A stretch of DNA of 56,836 nucleotides from Minisyncoccia bacterium (GTDB taxonomy: Bacteria > Patescibacteriota > Minisyncoccia > Phycocordibacterales > UBA918). Positions 37,388-47,604 of this stretch are shown one piece after another. The stretch lies in contig CAXRCZ010000013.1 in assembly GCA_964229335.1 (NCBI GenBank), positions 1-56,836 on the forward strand, given 5' to 3'. Position numbers and translations under genes: made by a program. The notes under the pieces were generated by a model. That model made no database searches. It saw only the letters and a program-made list of their open reading frames with translations, and had not been told where the DNA came from. Each line of letters begins with the position of its first letter. Within the stretch, counting starts at the first letter, position 1.

Positions 37388-37519
37388 ATTTCAGACACCT
37401 ACTGATTTATGTCTGAATTTGTTCTGCCGTTGGGCAAATTCTTGGATTAAATAATAATTAAAATTAAGGCCCAGCAATAGATGCTGGGCCTTGAAGTTGG
37501 CAGGGTTGGTTGGAGGCAA

Positions 37520-37813
37520 TTAGAATGGAAGTGAGATGGTATCCGGCATATCAACCTCCAGCCGACCGCCCAAGAGGGTAGCTCCTGCGAGCATGCCTTT
37601 CAGAAACAAATCGAGGTCCGGTTTGGAGCCAAGTGTCTCTGTCCACTCTCTGTCTTGGCAGGAGATTGCGACTGCAAAGTTGTCGTTCGGTGGTCGCGCA
37701 TCTACTTGCACAACCTTGATTGTGGCCGTAAGGGTACTCGCACCCACCCTCCTCGCAGTTGCTTCTTCTTCACTTCTTCGAACGGTTTCTTCCACATGAT
37801 CGTCATAGGCCAT
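37520..37813 (-). CDS. Orphan 97-aa protein
   Basis: TTGTAA-16-TATCTT promoter, SD gaggag, terminator aaggcccagca...tgctgggcctt. Confidence 0.7.
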   Translation of the reverse strand: MAYDDHVEETVRRSEEEATARRVGASTLTATIKVVQVDARPPNDNFAVAISCQDREWTETLGSKPDLDLFLKGMLAGATLLGGRLEVDMPDTISLPF

Positions 37814-37930
37814 GTATTCTCTCCTCTAGTCTTTCCTGGCACGAAGATACCATAGCGCAGCTATTTTACAAAGCTAAAAAAATCCGTATAGTAAATTTGT
37901 ACGACAGTTACGAATTTAAATAATTTCACT

Positions 37931-39457
37931 ATGCCACTCTCATTTACGGTTGCGCTGGCAGGTGCATTGTTTCTGGGTATTGGAGCCGGATACTACCTAC
38001 GATATCTCCACGCACTTTCAAAGAAATCTTCGCTAGAAATCAGACTGAAAGAAAAAGAGGTTGCCGCCGAACAAAAAGCGATACATATACTTGAGAGAGC
38101 TGAAGAAAAAGCTGAAACCATCCTCACCGAAGCGAAACAAAGCCGTCAGCATTTAGAAGAACGTTTAGAACAAAAGGAAACTCGCCTGGATAAGCGCGAG
38201 GAATTTTTGGATGAACGCCAAATTGATATTGATTCCCAAAAAGAATCAATTCAAACCAAGATTACCGAAATTAAATCAATCAAAACCCGCTTAGATGCGC
38301 GCGAAAGCGACATTGAAGCCAAGCTCCAAGAAGTAGCTGGGCTATCTAAAGAAGAAGCCTTAGAAAGATTGATTGACCAACTAGAAACCGAATACGAAAG
38401 CGATATTCGCGGCCGTCTCGAGAAACTTGAGCGAGCTGGTAGCGAAGCCTACGAAGAAAAGGCGCAGAGCATCTTGCTAGCGGCCATTCACCGGGTTGGT
38501 AATACAGTCCCGCCAAACTTGATGACCTCTCACATCGAAATTGAAAGTGATGACCTCAAAGGTAAAGTGATTGGAAAAGAAGGTCGCAACGTACGCGCTT
38601 TTGAGCGAGCTACTGGAGTAGATGTATTAATTGACGAATCACCAGGTTATATTGTACTGTCTTGCTTTGACCCTATCCGTCGCGAGATTGCCCGAGTGGC
38701 ACTCGAAATGTTGCTGAAAGATGGGCGCATTCAACCAGCTAAGATTGAGGAAGCAGTGGAGCAATCCCGCGCTGAGGTGGCCAAGACTATCCGCAAAATG
38801 GGTGAAAAAGCTGCCTACGAAGCGCGGGTGTCAAATCTCCACCCTGACTTACTCACCATTCTCGGCCGACTGCATTTTCGAACGAGTTATGGGCAAAATG
38901 TGTTGTGGCACTCAGTAGAGATGGCGCATATTGCTGCCATAATTGCCGAAGAGACTGGTGCTGATGTGGCTATCGCTCGCGCTGGCGCACTTTTGCACGA
39001 CATTGGCAAGACGGTCAGCCATGAGGTGGCTGGTACTCACGTTGAGATTGGTATTCGTATCCTCGAAAAATACGGCGTGGATCAACAAGTTATTCTGGCT
39101 ATGCGCGCTCACCACGAGGAATACCCGTACGAAACACCGGAAAGTATTATCGTACAAGTAGCCGATGCGCTGTCTGGTGGACGACCGGGGGCTCGTCGTG
39201 ATTCACTCGAAAACTACATCAAACGCCTCACCGAACTTGAAAGTATTGCTACTAATCTAGCTGGGGTAGAAAAAGCCTTTGCTATTGCGGCTGGTCGTGA
39301 AATTCGCGTCCTGGTAAATCCAACTACCCTCAACGAAGTCGAGGCTTCTGCCCTAGCCCGCACCATCGCCCACACTATTGAGGAACGATTGCGCTACCCT
39401 GGCGAAATCAAAGTGCATGTCATTCGTGAAACTCGAGTGGTAAGTTACGCTCGGTAA
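37931..39457 (+). CDS. rny: Ribonuclease Y
   Basis: N-terminal TM, coiled coil, KH motif KGKVIGKEGRNVR, RTSYGQN, LLHDIGK. Confidence 0.97.
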   Translation: MPLSFTVALAGALFLGIGAGYYLRYLHALSKKSSLEIRLKEKEVAAEQKAIHILERAEEKAETILTEAKQSRQHLEERLEQKETRLDKREEFLDERQIDIDSQKESIQTKITEIKSIKTRLDARESDIEAKLQEVAGLSKEEALERLIDQLETEYESDIRGRLEKLERAGSEAYEEKAQSILLAAIHRVGNTVPPNLMTSHIEIESDDLKGKVIGKEGRNVRAFERATGVDVLIDESPGYIVLSCFDPIRREIARVALEMLLKDGRIQPAKIEEAVEQSRAEVAKTIRKMGEKAAYEARVSNLHPDLLTILGRLHFRTSYGQNVLWHSVEMAHIAAIIAEETGADVAIARAGALLHDIGKTVSHEVAGTHVEIGIRILEKYGVDQQVILAMRAHHEEYPYETPESIIVQVADALSGGRPGARRDSLENYIKRLTELESIATNLAGVEKAFAIAAGREIRVLVNPTTLNEVEASALARTIAHTIEERLRYPGEIKVHVIRETRVVSYAR

Positions 39458-39626
39458 CAAAATTTAAAATTAGCCAAAAAACTACACAATAAAAATTACC
39501 TGTGGATAGGGGTGGCAGAGAATACGTGTTGCTATATAATGATTTACAAGCCACATACGGCATCGTGCCTGAGTTCCGATGGAAACTCATCACACATTAC
39601 ACGCCTTAGAAATTAAATTCTGAATT

Positions 39627-39899
39627 ATGAACAAAGCAGATATCATCAGCAAAGTACACGAGACTCTCGACACTACTAAAGCTGACGCCGAACGAGCAGT
39701 TGACGCGGTTTTCGAAACCATCGAAGCAGCTCTTAAGGACGGTAATCAAGTATCAGTTGCCGGTTTCGGTATTTTCGAAGCCAAGATGCGCGCTGCGCGC
39801 GAAGCTCGCAACCCACGCACCGGTGAAACCGTACAAGTACCAGCTATGCGCGTTCCAAAATTCCGCGCTGCTAAAGCTCTCAAGGATTCAGTTAAATAA
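39627..39899 (+). CDS. hup: DNA-binding protein HU
   Basis: MNKADII, GFGIF, ARNPRTGE, VPKFRAAKALKD. Confidence 0.97.
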   Translation: MNKADIISKVHETLDTTKADAERAVDAVFETIEAALKDGNQVSVAGFGIFEAKMRAAREARNPRTGETVQVPAMRVPKFRAAKALKDSVK

Positions 39900-39988
39900 T
39901 CCTTCTCCTAAAAAGACCGGCTCGCTAAGCGAGCCGGTCTTTTTATACATTGAATTCAGCCGTTAATGTGATAGAATCGTTGAACTCC

Positions 39989-40059
39989 GCGGGTGTAGTT
40001 TAGTGGTAAAACGACTGCCTTCCAAGCAGTAGTCGGGGGTTCGATTCCTCTCACCCGCA
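39989..40059 (+). tRNA. tRNA-Gly (UCC), no encoded CCA
   Basis: Cloverleaf gcgggtg/cacccgc, anticodon arm actgc-cttccaa-gcagt, ggttcgattcc. Confidence 0.96.
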
Positions 40060-40135
40060 CACATGATTTAAGCGCCTAGTTAGGCGCTTTTATCGTATAG
40101 GGTAATTTAATATCGAACTTTGGTATACTTCTCTT

Positions 40136-40510
40136 ATGAAGAATTACCCAGCAGGTGACGTGGTCCTTAGCGCCAGCAGTAGATTTTATGGAGATGTTAA
40201 AGGGATAAAATCAGACTTGGAATCAAAAGGATTCATAGTATACGCGCCAAATTTTGAATTTGACGAAACAAAAGTTCAAGTAGAAGAAGACGAAAAACAT
40301 AGACTTACGCACGATTTCCTTAAAAAAATCAAAGCTTCAGAGTCTCTTTATATTATTAACCCTGGTGGATATGTCGGAATGAGCGTGGCTGTAGAAGCTG
40401 GTTATGCTTCAGCATTAGGAAAAAATATTTACGCATTAGAGAAACCTAGTGAACCAGCAGTAGCTGCACTAGTATTAGCATTAAAATTGCCTGAGGAGTT
40501 ACGTAAATAA
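40136..40510 (+). CDS. Nucleoside 2-deoxyribosyltransferase-like protein
   Basis: VYAP, KIKASESLYI, GMSVAVEAGYA...GKNI resembles the NDT GxxxExGYA motif. Confidence 0.65.
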   Translation: MKNYPAGDVVLSASSRFYGDVKGIKSDLESKGFIVYAPNFEFDETKVQVEEDEKHRLTHDFLKKIKASESLYIINPGGYVGMSVAVEAGYASALGKNIYALEKPSEPAVAALVLALKLPEELRK

Positions 40511-40580
40511 GTTCGAACATCGTTGAGTTGAATAGCTTGAGCAAATACTTGAGTTTATATAAATTTGTTATACTCCACCT

Positions 40581-41159
40581 ATGCAAATCGAATACGAGGC
40601 TACATTCACTAACATAGATAAGGAAGAAATTAGAAATAAATTAAAAGAAAGTGGCGCAGAACTAGTTAAAGAAGAGTTTTTGCAAAAACGCACAGTATTC
40701 AACTTACCCAAGAACAATGAGATAAAGGGTGGGTGGCTTAGAGTACGTGATGAAGGAGATAAAATAACCTTGAGCCTAAAGATAGTAGATGGAGATAAAA
40801 TTGAAGACCAAAAAGAAGTCTGTTTGAAAGTCGATGATTACGAACAAGCGGAGTTGCTACTTTCAACACTTGGCGCTGACAGAAAAGCCTACCAAGAGAC
40901 AAAACGAGAATTGTGGGTATTGAATGATGTAGAAGTAACTATCGATACATGGCCATTCCTAGATCCTTTTGTGGAAGTGGAAGGACAGACTGAGGAAGAA
41001 GTGAAATCGGTTGCTGAAAAACTAGGATTTGAATGGGACAAGGCTAGATTCTGTGCAGTAGACACGCTTTATTCTGAGAAATACGACGTTCCAACTCACC
41101 AAATCAATAACGAAACCCCTGAGATATTGTTTGAAATGGAAAACCCTTTTCAAAAATAA
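40581..41159 (+). CDS. CYTH (triphosphate tunnel) domain protein
   Basis: IEYEA, WLRVR, TLSLK, KRELW, IDTWP, VEVEG. Confidence 0.88.
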   Translation: MQIEYEATFTNIDKEEIRNKLKESGAELVKEEFLQKRTVFNLPKNNEIKGGWLRVRDEGDKITLSLKIVDGDKIEDQKEVCLKVDDYEQAELLLSTLGADRKAYQETKRELWVLNDVEVTIDTWPFLDPFVEVEGQTEEEVKSVAEKLGFEWDKARFCAVDTLYSEKYDVPTHQINNETPEILFEMENPFQK

Positions 41160-41223
41160 CTTCAAACACCCCCTAACAACCAAAAAGCCAGCCCCGAGGG
41201 GCTGGCTTTGTTTTTTTTCTAGC

Positions 41224-41856
41224 TTAGAGCCAGACAGTCATGGTCAGAGCGATTGCTACCAGAAACAGCGTATATTCGATACCGGAAATCCAGTTTATCC
41301 GAAGATAGTACCGGTCAATCCAGTCATCGATACCATAGTTTTGGATATACTCACCCAGCTCATCGTGCGACCAAGTAACGATTAATCGCAACCGACGCTC
41401 GTCTTGCGGCAGGGTGTCCCAGAGCCCTTTTTCCTGCAAAATCTGCTTGAGCAGGTTGGCTCGTCGTCCCAGTAACTTGTACCGGCGGTTGGTCAGTGGC
41501 CATAAGAGCGGAATACCCCACCCAGTCCCGTACAAATCGTTGACGAAGTGCAGCATGGTTGCCAAAAGGAACAACGTTCCCCAGAACACATCAAACTGTA
41601 AAAGTATGGTGCCGGCCACTAGAAACAGGATGGGAAAATGCAGTGCTTCTCGGTGGTCATGGGCAAACTGACTGGAGGCTGCTACTCTCCCTCGTTTTAG
41701 TAACTCTGGTATCGCATCCAAATCAGGACTCATCGCTAGTGCGATTCCTGCCGGGATGTACCACCAAGCTAGGTCGGTTGAAGTGAGCTGAGTAGCAACC
41801 AGAACAGCAAACAGGCCATTGGCTACATCTGCCAGAATTGCGAGTAATGATTTCAT
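41224..41856 (-). CDS. Membrane-bound metal-dependent hydrolase (YdjM-like)
   Basis: PDLD, HREALH, HFVND, GIPLLWP. Confidence 0.8.
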   Translation of the reverse strand: MKSLLAILADVANGLFAVLVATQLTSTDLAWWYIPAGIALAMSPDLDAIPELLKRGRVAASSQFAHDHREALHFPILFLVAGTILLQFDVFWGTLFLLATMLHFVNDLYGTGWGIPLLWPLTNRRYKLLGRRANLLKQILQEKGLWDTLPQDERRLRLIVTWSHDELGEYIQNYGIDDWIDRYYLRINWISGIEYTLFLVAIALTMTVWL

Positions 41857-41984
41857 GATACTTACCTTTGTTTACAAAGCTTTGGCTAGTAAAGCATTTT
41901 ACCAACCCATACTCAAGCAACCAAAATCCATTAATTGAAATTCAACAAAAATATGATATAATATTAGATAGAGAGGAGAGTAGG

Positions 41985-42209
41985 ATGGATGAACTTAAAT
42001 TGTTTTTCTCCGCATTGGCGGCCGTCTGTGGCTACATGGTGATGGCATACGGCCTGATGGCCAGTGGTTTTGACCTCATGCTGACCAGCGAGGCTCACGA
42101 ACTCGTTACTGCCGGCGGAGCGGTTGGTGCCGCCTTTACGCTCTGGTTCGTCAGACTCGTGCGTCAAGACCAGCTGGAATTGCAGCCGAACCGAGCTATG
42201 CTCGGTTAA
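41985..42209 (+). CDS. Orphan 74-aa two-TM protein
   Basis: TTGAAA-16-TATAAT, SD gaggag, terminator acccgct...agcgggt. Confidence 0.7.
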   Translation: MDELKLFFSALAAVCGYMVMAYGLMASGFDLMLTSEAHELVTAGGAVGAAFTLWFVRLVRQDQLELQPNRAMLG

Positions 42210-42327
42210 CTCACACCCCCTACCGGGGCGGAAAACAACCCGCTCCTAGTTGGTAGCGGGTGTTTTCTTTTGTCTGAATTGAAGATAAAAAGAATTATAT
42301 AATTAAATATATAATTCTTGGCGAGAC

Positions 42328-43164
42328 TTACTTCTCTTTTATCATGTGAACGTCTCGTTGTGGGAACGGGATAGTGATACCAGCCTCATCGAGCGCTTCT
42401 TTACAGACTTCTGTCAGGATAAAACCGTATTTTTGCTCTTGACGAGCGTTACCAATCCAAATTCGTACTCGAAGATTAACTCCGGAATCAGCTAGTTCAT
42501 CAACTACTACTTCGGGTGATGGGTCTTGTAGTACTCCTTCAATTTTGGTGGCAGCTCGCACTAGTACATCACGCGCTTTTTCAACCTTTTCACTATATGG
42601 AATAGCTACTATGGCAGCGATACGCACCATACCGCGTTCTGACGCGTTGGTAACGGCTGAGTTAGTGACGACTGAGTTCGGAATAGTGACGTAGGTATTA
42701 TCTAACGTGCGAATTTTAGTCGTACGCAGGCTGATGTGGACGACTTCCCCATAATTATCGTCCACGGTAATCCAGTCGCCGATTTTGTATAGGTGGTCCA
42801 TAAAAATACCAAAACCGGCAAAGACATTGGAGAGGGTTTGTTGCGCTGCAAATCCGGCCGCAATACCGAGCACACCGACTCCAGCTAGCGCGGCAGTGAC
42901 GTTGATGCCGAGCTGACCCAGCATAAAGATAATGGTAAGGACGATTACCAAACCGCGGTAGACTGAGTGTACCGCAATCCGAATGAGTGATGGTTGCATT
43001 GGCGTACGCGACAGCGCTACCTCAAGTAGACGGGCGGTGATGAAATAGAACAGCGCCCCGAGCAGCAGTACTATCACCGCTGAAGTGAGGTGCGGCAACA
43101 ACGAAACTAAGTAGTCAGTTATTGACTCTTCGGTAATCCCCCAGGAGGCAAACATCTCAATCAT
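42328..43164 (-). CDS. mscS: Small-conductance mechanosensitive channel
   Basis: GIAAGFAAQQTLSN, IGDWI, IPNS, IPFPQRDVH. Confidence 0.93.
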   Translation of the reverse strand: MIEMFASWGITEESITDYLVSLLPHLTSAVIVLLLGALFYFITARLLEVALSRTPMQPSLIRIAVHSVYRGLVIVLTIIFMLGQLGINVTAALAGVGVLGIAAGFAAQQTLSNVFAGFGIFMDHLYKIGDWITVDDNYGEVVHISLRTTKIRTLDNTYVTIPNSVVTNSAVTNASERGMVRIAAIVAIPYSEKVEKARDVLVRAATKIEGVLQDPSPEVVVDELADSGVNLRVRIWIGNARQEQKYGFILTEVCKEALDEAGITIPFPQRDVHMIKEK

Positions 43165-43267
43165 GACTTTAGTATAGCGTACGGTGCTTTTTGCTTGGCG
43201 AAAGTTTGTTTATAACGAGAAAAGGGCGCGTTACACGCGCCCTTTTTTGGATTAGCTTGCTGCCGAT

Positions 43268-43546
43268 TCAGGCAGCAGCAGCTTGTTGGTGTGCTTCGAG
43301 CTTCTCGACCCCTTCGGGAGTAAGGTCTCCATCGGGTTTGTAGTCCCCGGGAAAGAGCTTGAGTCCGTCCCAGTCGGGGTTTTCAATGAAATGTCGCTGA
43401 TTCGCACGCTGATAGCGCCTATGAAGTTCCGAAGCAAACCTGTGTGTCCCGATGGTAAAACCTTCGGACTCCAGTTCAGCTCGTACCTCGGCTACTGTGA
43501 ACGTCGTCTCACCACAAAGCATGCACTTCCTCCTCTTAAAAAACAA
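43268..43546 (-). CDS. Orphan 92-aa protein with CxxC, ending QQAAAA
   Basis: SD gagg, TTG start (start uncertain); terminator aaagggcgcg...cgcgcccttt. Confidence 0.65.
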   Translation of the reverse strand: MFFKRRKCMLCGETTFTVAEVRAELESEGFTIGTHRFASELHRRYQRANQRHFIENPDWDGLKLFPGDYKPDGDLTPEGVEKLEAHQQAAAA

Positions 43547-43634
43547 TGTTCTTCCTCACTGGCGTGAGGCAACGTACCACCTCAAACGAAAACCGGTCCT
43601 CTCTTGGAGGACCGGTTTTCGTTTGAAGCAACTA

Positions 43635-43727
43635 CTATCCCAGACCTCCTCCAGAGAGAAGTAGAATCACGACCACCACGATAGCGGTAAGGGTGATTGA
43701 CTTGGGATTGATAGCTGCCTGTGGCAT
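43635..43727 (-). CDS. 30-aa hydrophobic micro-protein MPQAAINPKSITLTAIVVVVILLLSGGGLG
   Basis: Own translation; TTGACG-16-TACGAT 6 nt before ATG; tandem TAG TAG; long terminator hairpin 43583-43625. Confidence 0.65.
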   Translation of the reverse strand: MPQAAINPKSITLTAIVVVVILLLSGGGLG

Positions 43728-43765
43728 TTATTTATCGTACTCGCAGATACAGAATCGTCAAGTAT

Positions 43766-44869
43766 TTAGCTAGCAGATTTGGTGTATATGGTTTGGGTTG
43801 GGTAGGCAAATTCGATACCTTTCTCTGCAAAGGTGCGGAAGAGGTCTACGTTAAACTCTTGTTGCAAATCCATATATACCTGATAGTCAGACGCTTCTAC
43901 AAAGTAAACCACTTCATAAATCAAGGCCGAGTCACCAAACGAACTAAAATGAATGCGGTCCAATCGTGCCCCATCAATATTGGCAAATATATCTGTAACC
44001 AATTGAGGGATTTCTTCAATCAGTTTCTGATCTGTTTCGTAGGTAATACCAAACGTAGACTGAATCCGCCGCTCGGCCATCTTTTTTAAGTTTTGTACGC
44101 GAACGCTGGTCAGTTCGGCGTTTGATACCACCAATTCTTCACCACGCAGACTACGAATGCGGGTAGATTTGATACCAATCTTTTCTACAGTTCCTGAATC
44201 TTGGCCGATAATTATAAAATCTCCTACTCGAAACGGGCGGTCAAAATAGATTGAGAATGAGGCAAATAAATCAGAGAGAATGCCCTGCAAAGCAAACGCG
44301 ATGGCAATCCCACCAATCCCTAGTCCGGCCAGCAGCGAGGTAATCTCGAGGCCTAGATTAGAAAGAATAAACAAACCACCCAGTCCCCACAGGATGATGC
44401 GCACCGCTAACTTAATCATGTCGGTGATGGTCTTGGTGTTGGGGTCGTATTGCCCATCTTCGGTGGCCGTTCTCTCGACGTATTTTTGCGTACCGTAACT
44501 AACAAAACTAAGGATAATTTCGATTACTTGCCACACTACTGCCACGAGGAAAATAGCTGTAGCTATGGTGTACACCATCTCTGACAAATCAAATACCAGA
44601 AGAGCGACGTAGATAGACACAATTGAATACACCCATGATTTGATACTTTGCGCAGCGTCAATCAGCGCGTCATCAAAGGTGGTAGAAGTACGTTCTGATA
44701 TAGCTTTCAACCGGACAATGACTATTTTTCTGATTGCCCAGAACAACGCATTGAGGACAATAAATATGGCTAAGGCCATTAAAAAAGGCTGGAAATTGAC
44801 TTCACCAATCAAAGGAAATTGGTAGGTGATATTTGGTATATAGGGCAATAGTATGTCTTTAATATTCAT
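43766..44869 (-). CDS. MscS-family mechanosensitive channel (second paralogue)
   Basis: GIGGIAIAFALQ, DRPFRVGDFI, IEFAYPT. Confidence 0.93.
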   Translation of the reverse strand: MNIKDILLPYIPNITYQFPLIGEVNFQPFLMALAIFIVLNALFWAIRKIVIVRLKAISERTSTTFDDALIDAAQSIKSWVYSIVSIYVALLVFDLSEMVYTIATAIFLVAVVWQVIEIILSFVSYGTQKYVERTATEDGQYDPNTKTITDMIKLAVRIILWGLGGLFILSNLGLEITSLLAGLGIGGIAIAFALQGILSDLFASFSIYFDRPFRVGDFIIIGQDSGTVEKIGIKSTRIRSLRGEELVVSNAELTSVRVQNLKKMAERRIQSTFGITYETDQKLIEEIPQLVTDIFANIDGARLDRIHFSSFGDSALIYEVVYFVEASDYQVYMDLQQEFNVDLFRTFAEKGIEFAYPTQTIYTKSAS

Positions 44870-44965
44870 ATGTAACATTGATACAGATAATCGATACCTA
44901 CCACCCTACCAAAACCCCTCTTTATAGACAAACAAAAAAGGCCTTGTGGCCTTTTTGAATGTGTA

Positions 44966-46333
44966 TTAGTTGCGGAAGAGTGCGTTCAATATTCCAGTCG
45001 TACTAGTTGGTCGTGTCGTAGGTGTATTTACCTCTTCCTGTTCTGGTTCATTATCAACTTCTGGCTGAGGGTCTTCAACTTCTTCTTGGTTGTTAGCAAT
45101 TAATTGCAGTATCTGCTCAGCTAGCATGAGAGCTTCTTCTGACCACGCTACAATTTGGACGAGGTCTGTGCTGGTATCAATGCGAGCTTGCAAGCTTATG
45201 ATTGTTGATACGTTGGTGTCAATTTCTTGTCTGACACTATCAGAGGTTGTTGAACGCTGCTCTTCAATCGTGTCTAGTCGTGATTGAATTTCCGTTTGAT
45301 ACTGGTCAATTTTGGCAGTTTTCTCTTCCGGAGTAAGAACCACTGGTACCAATGTTTCTACTTCGACTTCATTAGCCACCGTAATATCAGTCATGAAGAT
45401 GATGAGCTTTTGGGTCCGCGCCAACACATCTACCAACTGTTCGCGAGCAGCGACTTCGTCCTGCTCCCGTAAGGCTACTGCTTCTGCAATGGAGCGGTTG
45501 ATGTCATCGAGACGGCGATTGATGTCTTTGTACTGCTGGTCTTCTGGGTTTAGTTTTAGTGACTCTTTTAGTTCGTAGGCACGAGTAGTATTGATTTCAA
45601 CCCGAGAGATTAGTTTAGGGTATTGCGGCAACGAACTTGATGCTGTCGCAGCTGTTTGTTCAGAGATGGTTTGATCAAGCGCTGAAGCGAGACGCTTGGT
45701 TGGGCTATCTTCTTCAGTAGTCATAGCTACTGCCATCATCGCCATATCTCCATCCCCTTCTCCTTTCAGCGAAGCTGATTGGACCGCCAGATTGGTGTTG
45801 AGGGTAAGTGACGCAATAGTTGCTTCGTCTTCATCAGTTTCGCGTAAAATGGCAATTTCGTTATTTACGTTGGCGGTCTGGGTTTTAATCGCTTCGACTA
45901 CTTCGGCCTCTACTTCCCCGCTCAAACGACCTTCATTGGCTAATAGTTTAGCTTCAGCGATGCGGCGATTGAGCCGCTCGGTCTCCCATTCGATTTTTTC
46001 GGTACTAGAAAATGTCAGGCTACTGCGTACCTCTTCATTAAAACGAACCTTGATGGCATAGAGACCGTCGCCTGGCACCGCACGCTCTGCTAGTACCGGA
46101 ACGACCATTAGAACCATCACCGCCATCACAGCTGCGCCGCGAGCCAAAAGCGCATACGGAATAGCAACGACTGATTTAACAGCGTTCGCTACCGGTTTCG
46201 TAGAGCGAAGATTTTCTGGTAGCGGGTGGTATTCCATATATGAAACCACACGCTCGCGAAGCTCGCGCTGTTCAGCCGCCCGTAGTTTTACAGTTTGGCT
46301 TTTGTTATAAAATTGTTTGCTAAATTTTTTCAT
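44966..46333 (-). CDS. Putative anti-sigma factor (DUF5667-like extracytoplasmic domain)
   Basis: Overlaps the sigma factor stop; single TM then AVPGDGLYAIK...RRIAEA. Confidence 0.75.
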   Translation of the reverse strand: MKKFSKQFYNKSQTVKLRAAEQRELRERVVSYMEYHPLPENLRSTKPVANAVKSVVAIPYALLARGAAVMAVMVLMVVPVLAERAVPGDGLYAIKVRFNEEVRSSLTFSSTEKIEWETERLNRRIAEAKLLANEGRLSGEVEAEVVEAIKTQTANVNNEIAILRETDEDEATIASLTLNTNLAVQSASLKGEGDGDMAMMAVAMTTEEDSPTKRLASALDQTISEQTAATASSSLPQYPKLISRVEINTTRAYELKESLKLNPEDQQYKDINRRLDDINRSIAEAVALREQDEVAAREQLVDVLARTQKLIIFMTDITVANEVEVETLVPVVLTPEEKTAKIDQYQTEIQSRLDTIEEQRSTTSDSVRQEIDTNVSTIISLQARIDTSTDLVQIVAWSEEALMLAEQILQLIANNQEEVEDPQPEVDNEPEQEEVNTPTTRPTSTTGILNALFRN

Positions 46334-46916
46334 TTTGTTTGTGTTGGCGGCGGGCCTCGGCGACCGCTTCCCCACCTTCAATCTTTTTGCGTAGCAACTT
46401 CAATGCCCGATGTATGCGGACGGAAACTACGTTTTCGCTTTCCTCGATTAACTCGCTGATTTCTCGTGGACCGAGCTGATCGATAAATCGATAGATGACT
46501 ACTTCTCGATACTGCTCCGGCAGCTCTTCCAAAAGATCGAAGGCTTGTCGGCCATCAAGGGTGGCTGCCAAAGCTTCGGTCGAGCTTTCGTTCAATTCAT
46601 CAAATGAACCTTCATCGACTCCTTCTTCTGCCAAAATGGCATCAAGCGAAAACTCTTTTCGCTTGCGGTATTCATCGATTATCAGATTGTTGAGTACCTT
46701 GTATAAAAAAGGTCTGAAATTATCGATTTCGTACCCGTTGCGGACATACGACCACACCTTGGTATAGGTATCGTGCACGATGTCAATCGCTTTTTCTCGA
46801 TTACTGACTCTGAAGTACGCGTGTCGAAACAACGCATCGTTATATTCATCAAAGGCTTTCAAGAAACGTTCTTCCTGGTTGTTCACCTTACTGTCCTGCT
46901 TTTCGGATTCAGCCAT
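46320..46916 (-). CDS. ECF sigma-70 factor
   Basis: AIDIVHDTY, FLYKVLNNLIIDEYRK, LPEQYREV, VSVRIHRA. Confidence 0.93.
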   Translation of the reverse strand: MAESEKQDSKVNNQEERFLKAFDEYNDALFRHAYFRVSNREKAIDIVHDTYTKVWSYVRNGYEIDNFRPFLYKVLNNLIIDEYRKRKEFSLDAILAEEGVDEGSFDELNESSTEALAATLDGRQAFDLLEELPEQYREVVIYRFIDQLGPREISELIEESENVVSVRIHRALKLLRKKIEGGEAVAEARRQHKQNEKI

Positions 46917-46983
46917 GTGAAAACCATTATATACGGAGACGACAAAAAAGCCGATCTCTTACGACTTATCCACAGTAGACCAC

Positions 46984-47601
46984 TTATTTGACAAGTTTCT
47001 TGAGGTATTCGGTAAGTTCTGGGAATTCTTCCAGTAAAAAGTGATTTTTATCTTCAAATGAGAGGAATTCAGCAGTGGGTAAGGCTGCAACGTATTTTTC
47101 TCCGTGTTCGTACGGCACCACAAAATCATCTTTCGAGTGGAACACAATGATATTATCAATTTTTTCAGTCAATTCAGGAACTTTGTTTTGATCTGGATAG
47201 AAATTTTCGCCATCTTCGCCCTCAATTTCAAAACGCTCGTACGGAGCGGCTAGGAGCAGCAGGGCTTTGACTTTAAACGGTGTTTCATTGTCTGATAGAT
47301 ATTTGCTCAGGAACATACCACCTTGAGACCAGCCGACTAAAATTACCCCATCGTTTAGATATTCAAAGTGTCGTTCAAACCAAATTTTCCACTCCTCATA
47401 TTTCGAATTTTGTTTATTGGGCATCGAGGGAGTGAATACTTCGAAATCACCGCCCAAGTCATCGACAAGAGTATCTGACCACTTCTTGCTAGAGTCCTTT
47501 CCCGGGAGGTTTCTTAGCGGAGTCGTCTTTAGGTAATTGAGAAACGCATCGTAGTCAGAAAAAGCAGAGCCTCCATGGATAAATACAACCTGCTGCTTCA
47601 T
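46984..47601 (-). CDS. Alpha/beta hydrolase (RBBP9/YdeN-like)
   Basis: FIHGG, GWSQGG nucleophile elbow, HSKDDFVVP, NHF. Confidence 0.9.
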   Translation of the reverse strand: MKQQVVFIHGGSAFSDYDAFLNYLKTTPLRNLPGKDSSKKWSDTLVDDLGGDFEVFTPSMPNKQNSKYEEWKIWFERHFEYLNDGVILVGWSQGGMFLSKYLSDNETPFKVKALLLLAAPYERFEIEGEDGENFYPDQNKVPELTEKIDNIIVFHSKDDFVVPYEHGEKYVAALPTAEFLSFEDKNHFLLEEFPELTEYLKKLVK

Positions 47602-47604
47602 ACC

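Noticed and set aside
40060-40100. tRNA-3' element behind tRNA-Gly(UCC)
   Set aside because: Only a simple aagcgccta/taggcgctt terminator; none of the shared blocks.
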